From NCBI GenBank assembly GCA_965116765.1, contig OZ220718.1, forward strand, positions 1,530,384-1,594,383: a DNA stretch of 64,000 nt, in the 5' to 3' direction. The number at the start of each line of letters is the position of its first letter. Position 1 is the stretch's first letter. The notes below the pieces were generated by a model that saw nothing but the letters and a program-made list of their open reading frames with translations, searched no databases and was not told the origin of the DNA. This DNA comes from Vicinamibacterales bacterium. Lineage in GTDB: Bacteria; Acidobacteriota; Vicinamibacteria; Vicinamibacterales; UBA8438. The position numbers and the translations under genes were made by a program. Positions 1 through 8,796 of the stretch are shown here, piece by piece.

Positions 1-27
1 GAAGAACACCCCCCGGGCTGTCGACAT

Positions 28-1446
28 TCAAATCAGGCATGCCTCGAATCCCTGCCGCATGGACTGCTCGTGGAGGTTGCGGCCGATGAAGATGAGCTGA
101 TTGCGGCGCGGCGCGTCTCCCCACGGACGATCCGGCTGTCCGTCGAAGAGCATGTGAACCCCCTGGAAAACGAAGCGACGCGACTCGCCCGCGAGGCTGA
201 TGAAGCCCTTCATTCGGAAGATGTCCACCCCGCGTTCACGGAGCAGCTCGCCAAGCCACTCGTTGAGCCTGTCGGGATCGACGTCGCCCTCCCGCTCGAT
301 GGCGATCGAACCCACCTCGTCGTCGTGCTCATGCTGCGCGACCCAGGTTCGCTCGACCTCGACGGGGATCGCTCCGTTGACGCGCCCGACGACGTCAGCG
401 GGGGTCGCCGGCCTGGCGCGCGGACTGTCTTCCGGCCTGCTTGTCGCTCCATTCGCGCTCGTCAGCTGCAGATCGAACTCTTCCGCGGTGTGCTGGGCGT
501 AGAGACCGACCCTCGCCTCCGTATCGACATCCAGGAAGAACGACTTGCGCCCTGGAGAGTCGAGCTGGAGGTTCAGGTGCTTCCCGACCGGCATCTCGCC
601 CCCCGGGCGAATGAGATCCGCGGGTTCGGCGTACCTGCGGACACACCACTCCGCACTCTCACGAAGTGCGGAGTCATCCGTGCCCTGGCCGGGTACGACG
701 ACGAGAGACATCGCCGGATCGGGTCCCTCGGCCAGGCTGAGCTCGTAGCGGCCGACACCGAGCGAATAGACACCGGTCCATTCGAACGGGTACTCCGGCT
801 CGAGGAAAGTGGGGCGACGCTCGAGCACCTGGTCGAGGTCGAAGGCGCCGAGGTTGAGCACCGTATCGACGGAGACGTCCGCCCGCTCGCTGCGGATGAC
901 TCGCGCCATTCGGTTCATGTCCCGCAACCGGGCCTCGAGCCGGTCGAGCGCGTCGTCGTCGACGAGGTCCGTCTTGTTGAGAACGAGGACGTCCGCGAAC
1001 GCGATCTGTTCCGTGCTCTCGTCGCTACGGCCGAGCTGCTGCTCGACGTGGGCGGCGTCGACGAGCGTGACGATTCCGTCCAGCGCGAACTCCGCGCGAA
1101 TCTCGTCGTCCATGAAGAAGGTCTGGGCGACAGGACCGGGGTCGGCGAGCCCCGTGGTCTCCACCAGCACGTAGTCGAACTTGTCCCGGCGCTTCATGAG
1201 GTTGCCGAGCACGCGAATCAGGTCTCCCCGCACGGTGCAGCAGATGCAGCCGTTCGACATCTCGAAGATCTCCTCGTCAGCGTTGATGACGAGCGCCTGG
1301 TCGATGCCGACCTCCCCGAATTCGTTCTCGATCACGGCGATGCGCTTGCCGTGCTCCTCCTTCAGGATCCGGTTCAGCAGCGTCGTCTTGCCGGAACCGA
1401 GGAAGCCGGTGAGGATCGTGACAGGAATGTTTCGGGACGTGTCCAT
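28..1446 (-). CDS. COG0523-family GTPase metallochaperone (CobW/YjiA/ZigA-like) with long internal insertion
   Basis: 472-aa ORF. It has a P-loop GFLGSGKTT, the CxCC motif GCICCT, an acidic/His linker AQHEHDDE and a CobW_C-like tail (FRMKGF..FQGV). AAGGAGG lies directly upstream, and the preceding ORF's TAG stop abuts the ATG. About 140 aa (EYPFEW..VERTWV) lie between the G domain and the linker, which is atypical. Confidence 0.9.
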   Translation of the reverse strand: MDTSRNIPVTILTGFLGSGKTTLLNRILKEEHGKRIAVIENEFGEVGIDQALVINADEEIFEMSNGCICCTVRGDLIRVLGNLMKRRDKFDYVLVETTGLADPGPVAQTFFMDDEIRAEFALDGIVTLVDAAHVEQQLGRSDESTEQIAFADVLVLNKTDLVDDDALDRLEARLRDMNRMARVIRSERADVSVDTVLNLGAFDLDQVLERRPTFLEPEYPFEWTGVYSLGVGRYELSLAEGPDPAMSLVVVPGQGTDDSALRESAEWCVRRYAEPADLIRPGGEMPVGKHLNLQLDSPGRKSFFLDVDTEARVGLYAQHTAEEFDLQLTSANGATSRPEDSPRARPATPADVVGRVNGAIPVEVERTWVAQHEHDDEVGSIAIEREGDVDPDRLNEWLGELLRERGVDIFRMKGFISLAGESRRFVFQGVHMLFDGQPDRPWGDAPRRNQLIFIGRNLHEQSMRQGFEACLI

Positions 1447-1662
1447 CTATTCCTCCTTGAGCGGCGGTGCGAGCACCGGAATCTCCACGTCGAAGCCCCA
1501 CGCCGCGCAGACCTGAACCAGGTCCCCGGCGTCAACGGCGTCCATGGGTTTGTGCAGCTTGCACTGAAGCTGTGGCGCATCGGGCCGAATCACGCCAATC
1601 GCGGTCTCGACGGGAGCGCAACCCTCTTCGAGACAAGCCAGCTCGGTGACGGTGACCGTCAT
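1447..1662 (-). CDS. Small Cys-containing hypothetical protein (71 aa; possible metal-handling accessory protein)
   Basis: The ATG at 1660-1662 lies 1 nt after the TGA of the upstream CbiQO gene (1664-1666), and the stop abuts the COG0523 start. Third-position GC is high. Four Cys residues, including ACLEEGC. An alternative upstream start at 1755 would overlap CbiQO. Confidence 0.45.
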   Translation of the reverse strand: MTVTVTELACLEEGCAPVETAIGVIRPDAPQLQCKLHKPMDAVDAGDLVQVCAAWGFDVEIPVLAPPLKEE

Positions 1663-1663
1663 G

Positions 1664-3106
1664 TCATCCGAAAGCCTCAGCGCTTCGCGCAGCGCCTTCT
1701 TGATGCGTCGGGCCCGTTCGACGTTCGGCTGGCGTGGTGATGTGCTGATCAACATGCGCTCTGTTCTCCCTCCCGACGGCGAGACCGGCCCGGACGAGCC
1801 ACGGCTCCGACAGCCCTTCTGCCGTGGACCCGTCGAAGAGCACCCGCCGATCTCGCAGCAGAACGACGCGCGTTGCCTGGGACGGCACCGAGTGGAAGCA
1901 GTGGGTTGCCCAGACGCACGTGGCGCCCGTCCGACGAACCGCCTCTGCAACGAGCGTGCGCATCTCGAGGGCCGCGCCGGGATCGAGTCCGGCCATGGGC
2001 TCGTCGAGGAGGAGCAACGCGGGCTCGAGCACCAGGAGACCGGCCAGCGCGACCCGGCGCTGCTCCCCGAAGCTGAGCTGATGGCACGAACGCTCCAGCA
2101 GATGGTCCAAGCGCAAGGCCGTCGCCATCTCGCGGGACCGACGTCGCGCCTCGCCTGCCTCGACGCCGCGACGAAGCAGGCCCCAGGCAATGTCCTCGGC
2201 GACGGTGCTTGCGATGAAGTGATGTTCCGGGTTCTGGCCGAGAAGCGCCACGCGTCCGTGCAGCCGGGCCTGCAGCGGCGCATCGGGCGACACGTGGCTT
2301 CCGAGGCGGGTCATGGTCCCTTGCGCGGGTCCGTCGAGCCCCGCGAGCAGGCGCAACAGGCTCGATTTCCCGGCTCCACTCGCCCCGCAAACGAGCAGCC
2401 ACTCCGCTCTTGCCAAGCGAATCTCGAGGCGCTCGAGCACCAACTGCCCGCCGCGTTCGACGTCGACGGCGTCGAGGTGGACGCCATCGTCGACCCGAAC
2501 GTCTCCGGAGGAGGCACTACGCAGCAGTGCGTTCCCCTCGACGCCTTCGAGGCGCGCGAAGGCATGCAGGGCGCCCTCGCCGAGCAGCGGTCCCCAGGCG
2601 GCCAGAGGCAAACGTGGCGACCCCAGGCGAAGGCGGGCCGCGTCACGCCGCTGGACCCACTCGCGCTGGGTGAGCACACCGTGCATGAGCGCGTGGTCGA
2701 GGCTGGCCACGACGCCCTCCGGAATCCGAAGCCGAAACAGGAGCTGCCGCAGCGACGCCCAGTCGACCTGGGTGCCGAGCCAGAGGATCCAGATGGCGCC
2801 GCACAAGACCCTGACGCTCGTTTGGACGACGACTTCCACGTTGGAATCGAGGATGCCCCCACCGAGCAGGGCGAGCGCCACGAGGGCCGACGTCCACGCG
2901 AGGACAGGCTTGATCCTCCGGCGTCCGCGGGCACGTGCGAACAGCAGAAGCACCACGCCGATCCCCGAGCCGATCAGGGACAGGGTCGTGCTGCGCGCGC
3001 CCGCGTTGAAGATCAGCACGCTGGTGGTCAGCGAGAGCCCGAACGCCGCAACCCACAGCGGTTGGCGGCGCTCGAAGAACAGGGAGTGCTCAGCGTGGAG
3101 GTGCAT
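1664..3106 (-). CDS. ECF transporter fusion: CbiQ-like transmembrane T component + CbiO-like ATPase
   Basis: 480 aa. The N-terminal half is hydrophobic with several TM segments. The C-terminal half has Walker A GASGAGKSS, the ABC signature LSFGEQRR and Walker B LLLLDEP. It overlaps the upstream CbiM-like gene by 17 nt. Confidence 0.85.
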   Translation of the reverse strand: MHLHAEHSLFFERRQPLWVAAFGLSLTTSVLIFNAGARSTTLSLIGSGIGVVLLLFARARGRRRIKPVLAWTSALVALALLGGGILDSNVEVVVQTSVRVLCGAIWILWLGTQVDWASLRQLLFRLRIPEGVVASLDHALMHGVLTQREWVQRRDAARLRLGSPRLPLAAWGPLLGEGALHAFARLEGVEGNALLRSASSGDVRVDDGVHLDAVDVERGGQLVLERLEIRLARAEWLLVCGASGAGKSSLLRLLAGLDGPAQGTMTRLGSHVSPDAPLQARLHGRVALLGQNPEHHFIASTVAEDIAWGLLRRGVEAGEARRRSREMATALRLDHLLERSCHQLSFGEQRRVALAGLLVLEPALLLLDEPMAGLDPGAALEMRTLVAEAVRRTGATCVWATHCFHSVPSQATRVVLLRDRRVLFDGSTAEGLSEPWLVRAGLAVGRENRAHVDQHITTPAERRTGPTHQEGAARSAEAFG

Positions 3107-4013
3107 CGCGCCCTCCTGCGAGCACTCGTTCCCAGCTGCGCCCCGCGACGAATCCCAATCCGAAGAGTATGAGGATCGACATCGCGAGCCCGAGCTCCCC
3201 CTGGCTCAGGTCGACGATGCTCCCCGTGGGCGGCCGTCCCGCCCCCTCCGCGGCCGCACCGAACACGGTTCCGTCGATGCCTTCATAGGCGCACCCGGAC
3301 AGGCCGGTCGCGAGCAACAGGACCATGGCGGACGCAAGGGGCGCGGACACGGTGCGAAGCCTCCTCAGCGAGCTCGGCAGGAGGTCCGGCCGACGCGTGG
3401 CCAACAGCCGTACGATGCCGACGGAGGCGACCGCTTCGAGAACCGCCAGGGGGATCTGGACCGGGGCGAACCCGAGCAGCACCACGCCGAAGGTGGTCGC
3501 AGGCGCCGTCACGTCGGACAACGCCGCGGCGAGCACCACGGCGTCCGCCACGTACACGCCCAGGCCGCCGGCGCCGCACGCGAGAGCGAGGCCGGGAGCC
3601 CCGCCAACACCGAGCCGCCGAAGAAGTGCCCAGAGCCCGGCGGTCGTCAGAGGCCCCAGCAGCCCGAGCGTCACGGTGTTGACCCCCAGCGTCGTGAGCC
3701 CGCCGTGAGCGAAGAAGACCGCCTGCAGCAAGAGCACGAAGAACGTGGGCCACACGATGCGGCGGACCCCGACGACCAGGGCGAGCACCGGCGTGAGGCA
3801 GATGTGACTGGTTGCGCCCACGACGGGGACCGGCAGCGGCAGCAGGGTGCCGGCGAAGAGCAGGCTCGTGACCCCCGCCATGACGACCGAGGACGACGGC
3901 GTGTCGCGTGGCGTTCGTTGCTCGCGACGAAGGCTCCAATAGACGGTGGGTGCGGCCAGGGCACTCCACGCGATGGCCTGGCCGAGCGGCAGCACGCCTT
4001 CTGCCAGGTGCAT
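3090..4013 (-). CDS. CbiM/NikM-like ECF substrate-capture component fused to a CbiN-like C-terminal module
   Basis: 307 aa. The N-terminus MHLAEGVLP matches the family hallmark Met-His metal-binding start, and the protein is polytopic and hydrophobic. The C-terminal ~90 aa (GIDGT..GELGLAMSILILFGLGFVAG) resemble the two-TM CbiN accessory subunit. Confidence 0.8.
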   Translation of the reverse strand: MHLAEGVLPLGQAIAWSALAAPTVYWSLRREQRTPRDTPSSSVVMAGVTSLLFAGTLLPLPVPVVGATSHICLTPVLALVVGVRRIVWPTFFVLLLQAVFFAHGGLTTLGVNTVTLGLLGPLTTAGLWALLRRLGVGGAPGLALACGAGGLGVYVADAVVLAAALSDVTAPATTFGVVLLGFAPVQIPLAVLEAVASVGIVRLLATRRPDLLPSSLRRLRTVSAPLASAMVLLLATGLSGCAYEGIDGTVFGAAAEGAGRPPTGSIVDLSQGELGLAMSILILFGLGFVAGRSWERVLAGGRDAPPR

Positions 4014-4136
4014 CAGCGCCCTCCCCGGCGTGGAAATCGAGGCAAGAACACGAACAGGAGGGGAGCGATCAGGCAGTGGACGGAGCAGCGGCCGACGCGA
4101 CGATCCCCGACCGATTCCACCGCTCCGGGGTGACCG

Positions 4137-4505
4137 TCACGCCGCATCGCCGCACGCATCGCAGGTTCCGAGCAACACCACCTCGTGCCCCGTCATCCGG
4201 AACCCGTCCGGCACCAGGGACTCGAGGCCGTCGACGCAACCGAAGAGGTCGAACGCGTGGTTGCAGATCGAGCAAAGAAAGTGATGGTGATGCTCGCGGT
4301 CCTTGGGCTCGTACCGAACGCCGCCGCCCAACACCTCGACCGACTCCAGCGTGCCTTCCTCGACACCCCTTTGGAGGGCGCGGTAGACGGTGGCGATGCC
4401 GACGCCCGTTCCGCTCAGGCGGCTCCACAGCTCCCTGGCGGACAGCGGGCCGTCCGCCGCGACAAGGGCCTGCAAGACGGTCGACTGCTGCTTCGCTCTC
4501 TGCAT
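4137..4505 (-). CDS. Fur-family metalloregulator (Zur/Nur/Fur type not resolved)
   Basis: 122 aa. It has a winged-helix region (IATVYRAL), an HHHH run, and the CxxC pairs CSIC and CDAC typical of Fur-family structural and regulatory sites. Confidence 0.9.
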   Translation of the reverse strand: MQRAKQQSTVLQALVAADGPLSARELWSRLSGTGVGIATVYRALQRGVEEGTLESVEVLGGGVRYEPKDREHHHHFLCSICNHAFDLFGCVDGLESLVPDGFRMTGHEVVLLGTCDACGDAA

Positions 4506-4511
4506 GGAGAA

Positions 4512-4539
4512 ATGATAGTCGATTATCAGTTTTTGTCAA
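4512..4539 (-). promoter_or_regulatory. Sigma70-like promoter (TTGACA-16 nt-TATCAT) with an embedded 16-bp palindromic operator; transcript probably leaderless
   Basis: On the minus strand the -35 TTGACA is at 4534-4539 and the -10 TATCAT at 4512-4517, only 6 nt before the ATG at 4505. The palindrome TGATAGTCGATTATCA (4513-4528, 14 of 16 positions symmetric) is an AT-rich patch in GC-rich DNA. Confidence 0.5.
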
Positions 4540-4723
4540 GACTTGCCCGACACGGGGCCCTCGTCCCCCCCGTCCGTGGCAACGGACACGCCCTCTTCGG
4601 TGGGTTGCGAGCACGAGCCGGATGGAGCGGGCCGGCACCGTGTGCGAGCCGTCGTGGTGCCGGCGACGAGCTCCGAGCTCTCTCGGTGACCGAACTTCAA
4701 GCTGGTTTCGTGGCGCCTGTTCG

Positions 4724-5260
4724 TCACGCTCTTCTCCCTTCCAACAGCGCCCGCTCGAGCAGGTCGGCGACGGCCAGCGTCGGCGCCACGTCGCAGGTAG
4801 TCCTCGTCCAATCCGCGCTGCACGGCGACGATCCCGAGCACCTTCGAGACCTCCCCGCCGAGACGGTACCAGCGCAGCTTCTGCAACGATGTATAGACGT
4901 ACAGGAAACGCTCGGGGTCCGTCGCAACCTGCAACCGCACCCGGCGACTCAACGCCTGTTCGTCGCTCCGCCGAGCACGAACAGGTCCACCGCCCGATGA
5001 AACACGTTCACGCTCGACCGCCGGCGCACGGCCCGGCGCAGCGCTTCGGCATCGGCATGGAAGTCGTCGCCGAGCGCCGCCACCAACGGCTCGACGTCGG
5101 CCGCCCTGATGGCGACCACGAGATCCACGTCGAGGGTCGAGCGAGGCTCGCCGCTCACGGAGCTCGCCAGGGACCCACCGACGACGTAGCGCAGACCGCA
5201 CCGGTCGAGGACGCGCGCCACCGACAGCGCCACGTGCAGCGGCTCGAAGTCGATGCTCAC
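4724..5260 (-). pseudogene. Nucleotidyltransferase-fold protein, disrupted by at least two frameshifts
   Basis: The GTG start (5258-5260) overlaps the upstream gene's TGA (GTGA). The N-terminal part LRYVVGGSLASS..EPRSTLDVDLVV is in one frame, LQKLRWYRLGGEVS..DYLRR in a second, and LAVADLLERAL in a third. Confidence 0.6.
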
Positions 5261-5661
5261 GGCTCGAACAGAACCGCCGCGTCCGGGTACAGCTCGACCG
5301 TGCGCTCGCGGCCGAGCTTGATCGCGGCGAGCCGGAGGAAGCACTCGCGTTCCGACGCTTGCGGATGGCGATGTCGGACACCGGCCAGGGCCAGCGCCCC
5401 GGCCTGCCGCGATAGGGCGTCGGCGGCCAGCAACCGGTCGAGCGGCGACATCCGCCGCCACGCCTCGATCTGGAGGCGCTCGATCTCCCGCGACGTGTCC
5501 GCGCTCAACACGCCACGCTCGACAGGGGCTGGCCGCGGGTCGCTGACCACGCGGGAATTGTAGCGCGCCGGATCGACACACCGCCCGCGTCGGACCCGCC
5601 TCTCCTCCCGCCGCTCAGGCTGGAACGGTGGAGACATGGACCCGAGCCCCTGCATATTCAA
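5257..5661 (-). CDS. Hypothetical protein, translationally coupled partner of the nucleotidyltransferase
   Basis: 134-aa ORF whose stop overlaps the downstream GTG. The C-terminal ~85 aa (EIERLQIEAWRRMSPLDRL..) look protein-like. The start codon is uncertain. Confidence 0.5.
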   Translation of the reverse strand: MNMQGLGSMSPPFQPERREERRVRRGRCVDPARYNSRVVSDPRPAPVERGVLSADTSREIERLQIEAWRRMSPLDRLLAADALSRQAGALALAGVRHRHPQASERECFLRLAAIKLGRERTVELYPDAAVLFEP

Positions 5662-5829
5662 CGGCCGGGTGACTGGCCGCCGTCAGCCTCGCAGCACCGA
5701 GGCGACCTGCGAGGCAAGCCACGGTATCCTCTCACCAGCCATGCGCCAAGACCTCCAGGTGTTTGCGTGATTGCCTGCCGTGAGAACCGCCCCCGACGGA
5801 ATCCCTGCGCAATGCGGCAAAGCACGGAC

Positions 5830-6090
5830 CTGAGGCTGATCGACGAGGTCGGCACCATCGAGGCAGGCAAGCGGGCCGACCTGGTGCTGCTCGACGGCGA
5901 TCCGCTCGCCGACATCACCAACACGCGCCGCATTGCCGCCGTGGTCGCCGGCGGGGTGCCCGTGGACCGTGCTGACCTTCAGAGGCTCGTCGCCGGGCCA
6001 GTTGCCACGCCCTTCCGGCTCCGGCTCGACGCCCTCGCCGCCGGGTCAATCAGCACCGCAGCCGCGTCAGCACGAGGACCTCGAGAATGA
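5830..6090 (+). pseudogene. 3' remnant of an amidohydrolase gene
   Basis: Only the C-terminal signature GTIEAGKRADLVLLDGDPLADITNTRRI is present, with no upstream catalytic domain. The stop overlaps the next gene's ATG (ATGA). Confidence 0.5.
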
Positions 6091-7100
6091 ACGGTGGCGC
6101 GCCCCCCGAGGCCCGGTGGGTCCGTTCCGAGCCGCGTCGAGCCATTCCGGCCGAAGAGGCGGAGCGCATGGTGCGCCGCGCGTTTCCCCGGGGCCGCATC
6201 GTCCGCGCCCAACCCCTCGCCGGCGGCTTGCGCAACGCGAACGTCAAGGTGACGCTCGACGCCACCGCCGAGCCGATCGTCCTCCGAGTCTTCGAGCACG
6301 ACGCCTCGTTGTGCCGGAAAGAGGCCGACCTGATCCGCGTGGTGGGCGGGTCGGTGCCGGTGCCGGAGGTCATTCTCGCAGAGCCGGCCGGGGAGGGCCT
6401 TCGGCCCTTCATGCTCCAGCGTTACGTCGAAGGCCCCACCCTCCGCGAGCTGGTCGGCAGCACCAGTTCCGAGGAGGTCGCGGAGGCGGCGCGCTCGGCG
6501 GGCGAGACGCTGGCCGCGATCGGTTCGATCACTTTCGCGAAGCCGGGATGGCTCGCTCCCGGCCCCACGGTCACCGATCCTCTCCTGCCGGGCGCCGACC
6601 CGATGCCGCGCTTCGTGGACCGGTGTCTCGCGTCCCCGATGCTACAGAGACGGGTCCCGGCCGAGCTGCTCGAAACGACGCGGGCGGCGATATGGTGCCA
6701 CGCCGCCGACCTGCGGCGGGCCGCGGACGAAACGTCGCTGGTGCACGGCGACTTCGGCCGGCGCAACCTCATCGTCCGGCAAGTGGCCGGCCGCTGGGTC
6801 GTGGCTGCCGTGCTCGACTGGGAGTTCGCGGTCTCGGGTTCCCCTCTCGCCGACGTTGGACACCTCCTTCGGTACGAGCGAAGTGGCCGGCCGGCGACGG
6901 AGCCGCATTTCCGGGCCGGCTATCTCGAGGGCGGCGGCCGCTTGCCTCCGGAGTGGCGCCGCCTCGCGCGACTCGTCGATCTCGTCGCGGTCTGCGAGAT
7001 GCTGACGCACGACGGGCTGCCCGAAGCGGCTGCCGCCGAGCTGGTGGCGCTGATCCGCGCCACAGTGGACGATCAGCCTCTTTCGACTCCTCCAACGTGA
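6087..7100 (+). CDS. Phosphotransferase (APH/choline-kinase-like) family kinase
   Basis: 337 aa with the catalytic loop HGDFGRRNLIV and the downstream DWEFA motif. Confidence 0.85.
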   Translation: MNGGAPPEARWVRSEPRRAIPAEEAERMVRRAFPRGRIVRAQPLAGGLRNANVKVTLDATAEPIVLRVFEHDASLCRKEADLIRVVGGSVPVPEVILAEPAGEGLRPFMLQRYVEGPTLRELVGSTSSEEVAEAARSAGETLAAIGSITFAKPGWLAPGPTVTDPLLPGADPMPRFVDRCLASPMLQRRVPAELLETTRAAIWCHAADLRRAADETSLVHGDFGRRNLIVRQVAGRWVVAAVLDWEFAVSGSPLADVGHLLRYERSGRPATEPHFRAGYLEGGGRLPPEWRRLARLVDLVAVCEMLTHDGLPEAAAAELVALIRATVDDQPLSTPPT

Positions 7101-7188
7101 TCGTCGGCTGGCGCGCTCCCCGCCACTTCGACGAACCCTCTACACCCGGTCCGCCAGGGTTGGCGAGAGAGTGACCGACCATCGCGGC

Positions 7189-7522
7189 AATCTCCCGAGC
7201 GACGAAGGGAAGCCTGTCGAGGCCCTTCTGTCACAAATCCGGACTCCCGAGCGTTTCTCCAGGCATGAGCAAGTCGCGTGAAGCGGTCGGCACGATTCGC
7301 GAGGCCAGGCTGGCCGACTCGCCGTTCGACTTCGAGGACCTGTTTCGAGCGCAGTAATCTCCCGAGCGACGAAGGGAAGCCTGTCGAGGCCCTTCTGTCA
7401 CAAATCCGGACTCCCGAGCGTTTCTCCAGGCATGAGCAAGTCGCGTGAAGCGGTCGGCACGATTCGCGACGCCGGACTGGCCGACCCGCCGTTCGACTTC
7501 GAGGACCTGTTTCGGGCGCAGT
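7189..7522 (+). repeat. Tandem direct duplication, 2 x 167 bp, covering the promoter and first 30 codons of the ECF sigma gene
   Basis: 7189-7355 and 7356-7522 align with only a few mismatches. The junction creates a TAA, so copy 1 encodes a 30-aa peptide MSKSREAVGTIREARLADSPFDFEDLFRAQ. Confidence 0.9.
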
Positions 7523-7977
7523 ACGCCCGCGTCACCGGCGTCATCTCGCGGGTGGTTCGAGATCCAGCGCGCGCCGAGGAGCTGGCCGCCGACGCGTTCC
7601 TCAGGCTGTGGCGCACGCCCGGCGCGCACGGAGCCGGCGCTTCCGCCTGGGTGCTGCGCACGGCTCTGCGACTGGGCATCGACGAGCTGCGCCGCGCGAC
7701 CCGGCGAGCGCGCTACGCACCGTTCCTGAGATTCGCCCGCGACGTCCCGACCCCGGAAGACAGCGCGGCGGCCGGAGAAGAACGTCGGCGCGTGCTTCGT
7801 GCCCTCTCGGCCATTCGTCGCGAGCAGGCCGCTCTGCTCGTGCTTCGCAGTCACGGCTTCAGCTACGACGAGCTGGCGACCACGCTCGATCTCAGGTCCG
7901 GGTCGGTGGGAACGATGCTGCGCCGGGCTCGACAGGCGTTGCGAAAGGAGTACGTCAGACGCCATGGCCACACATGA
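7432..7977 (+). CDS. ECF-type RNA polymerase sigma factor
   Basis: 181 aa. It has a region-2-like segment (DLFRAQYARVTGVISRVV..AEELAADAFLRLW) and a region-4 HTH (GFSYDELATTLDLRSGSVGTMLRRARQAL). Confidence 0.9.
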   Translation: MSKSREAVGTIRDAGLADPPFDFEDLFRAQYARVTGVISRVVRDPARAEELAADAFLRLWRTPGAHGAGASAWVLRTALRLGIDELRRATRRARYAPFLRFARDVPTPEDSAAAGEERRRVLRALSAIRREQAALLVLRSHGFSYDELATTLDLRSGSVGTMLRRARQALRKEYVRRHGHT

Positions 7978-8782
7978 CGATTCCGACCTCGAACGCTGGG
8001 TGGACGCCCGCCTGGCGGCCCTGGATCCGCCCCCGAAGAGCGAGCTGCAAACGGAGCGGGCGCTGGCGCGGCTGCGAGCGCGGGCGGCAACCGCGGAACA
8101 CCGCCCGGTTCACATCTGGCTGATGGCGGCCGGTGCCGCGGCGCTGCTCGTCGCGGTTCTGTGGTCCGTGGAGCGGCCGCGGCAAAGTGGCTCCGGCAAC
8201 CCGAGCGGCGGGGCCCCGAGCGACAGTGCCCCCGGCACCGGCGCGAACCCGCAGCAGAGAAGCGAGCAGCCGTCTCGATGGACCGACCCGGAGGTCGGCT
8301 CCGGGGTCGCGTTGTCCGCGCGTCGCCCCGCGAGCACGCCCAGGCTCGTTCCAGCGGCGCAACGCGCGGAGGCGCCCGGCTTCACGCTGCCCGCGATGGA
8401 AGGCGGCAGCGCGACGCTGGCGGACTACGCCGGGCGGGTGCTGCTCCTGAACTTCTGGGCGACGTGGTGCCAGCCGTGCCGCATCGAGATGCCCTGGTTC
8501 GCGGAGTTTCAAGAGGCGTTCGCCGCGCGCGGCTTCGCGGTGCTCGGCGTCTCCGTCGACGACGCCGGTCTCGAGGTCGTGCGCCGGTTCCTCGATCAGA
8601 GGCAGGTCGACTATCGAATCGCGCTCGCCGACAGCCCGGAGCGGCTGGCGCCCTTCGGTCCCGTCACGGTGCTGCCGACGACTTGGCTCATCGACCGCCG
8701 CGGGCGGGTTGCGGCCACGCACGTCGGCCTCGTCGACCGCACCGCTCTCGAGGCCGACATCCGGCAACTGCTGGCCGAGTGA
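7964..8782 (+). CDS. Membrane-anchored TlpA/ResA-like thioredoxin-fold protein (possible anti-sigma partner)
   Basis: The ATG at 7964 overlaps the sigma gene by 14 nt. There is one TM segment (IWLMAAGAAALLVAVLW) and a C-terminal thioredoxin fold with WCQPC. No classical zinc anti-sigma motif was seen. Confidence 0.8.
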   Translation: MATHDDSDLERWVDARLAALDPPPKSELQTERALARLRARAATAEHRPVHIWLMAAGAAALLVAVLWSVERPRQSGSGNPSGGAPSDSAPGTGANPQQRSEQPSRWTDPEVGSGVALSARRPASTPRLVPAAQRAEAPGFTLPAMEGGSATLADYAGRVLLLNFWATWCQPCRIEMPWFAEFQEAFAARGFAVLGVSVDDAGLEVVRRFLDQRQVDYRIALADSPERLAPFGPVTVLPTTWLIDRRGRVAATHVGLVDRTALEADIRQLLAE

Positions 8783-8796
8783 GAGGTGTATCACGC

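Noticed and set aside
70-1740. 556-aa plus-strand ORF, and many similar long ORFs antisense to real genes (for example 13890-15488, 15863-18823, 19109-21361, 23235-25403, 29474-31510, 34017-36332, 54233-57364, 62032-63714).
   Set aside because: Stop codons are rare in all frames of GC-rich DNA. These translations are Arg/Ala/Gly/Pro-rich and motif-free, and they lie opposite ORFs with clear family signatures.
4014-4136. A cobalamin riboswitch or second Fur box upstream of the CbiM-like gene.
   Set aside because: The 123-nt spacer is too short for a B12 element and shows no palindrome like the one at 4513-4528. The operon is probably read through from the regulator's promoter.
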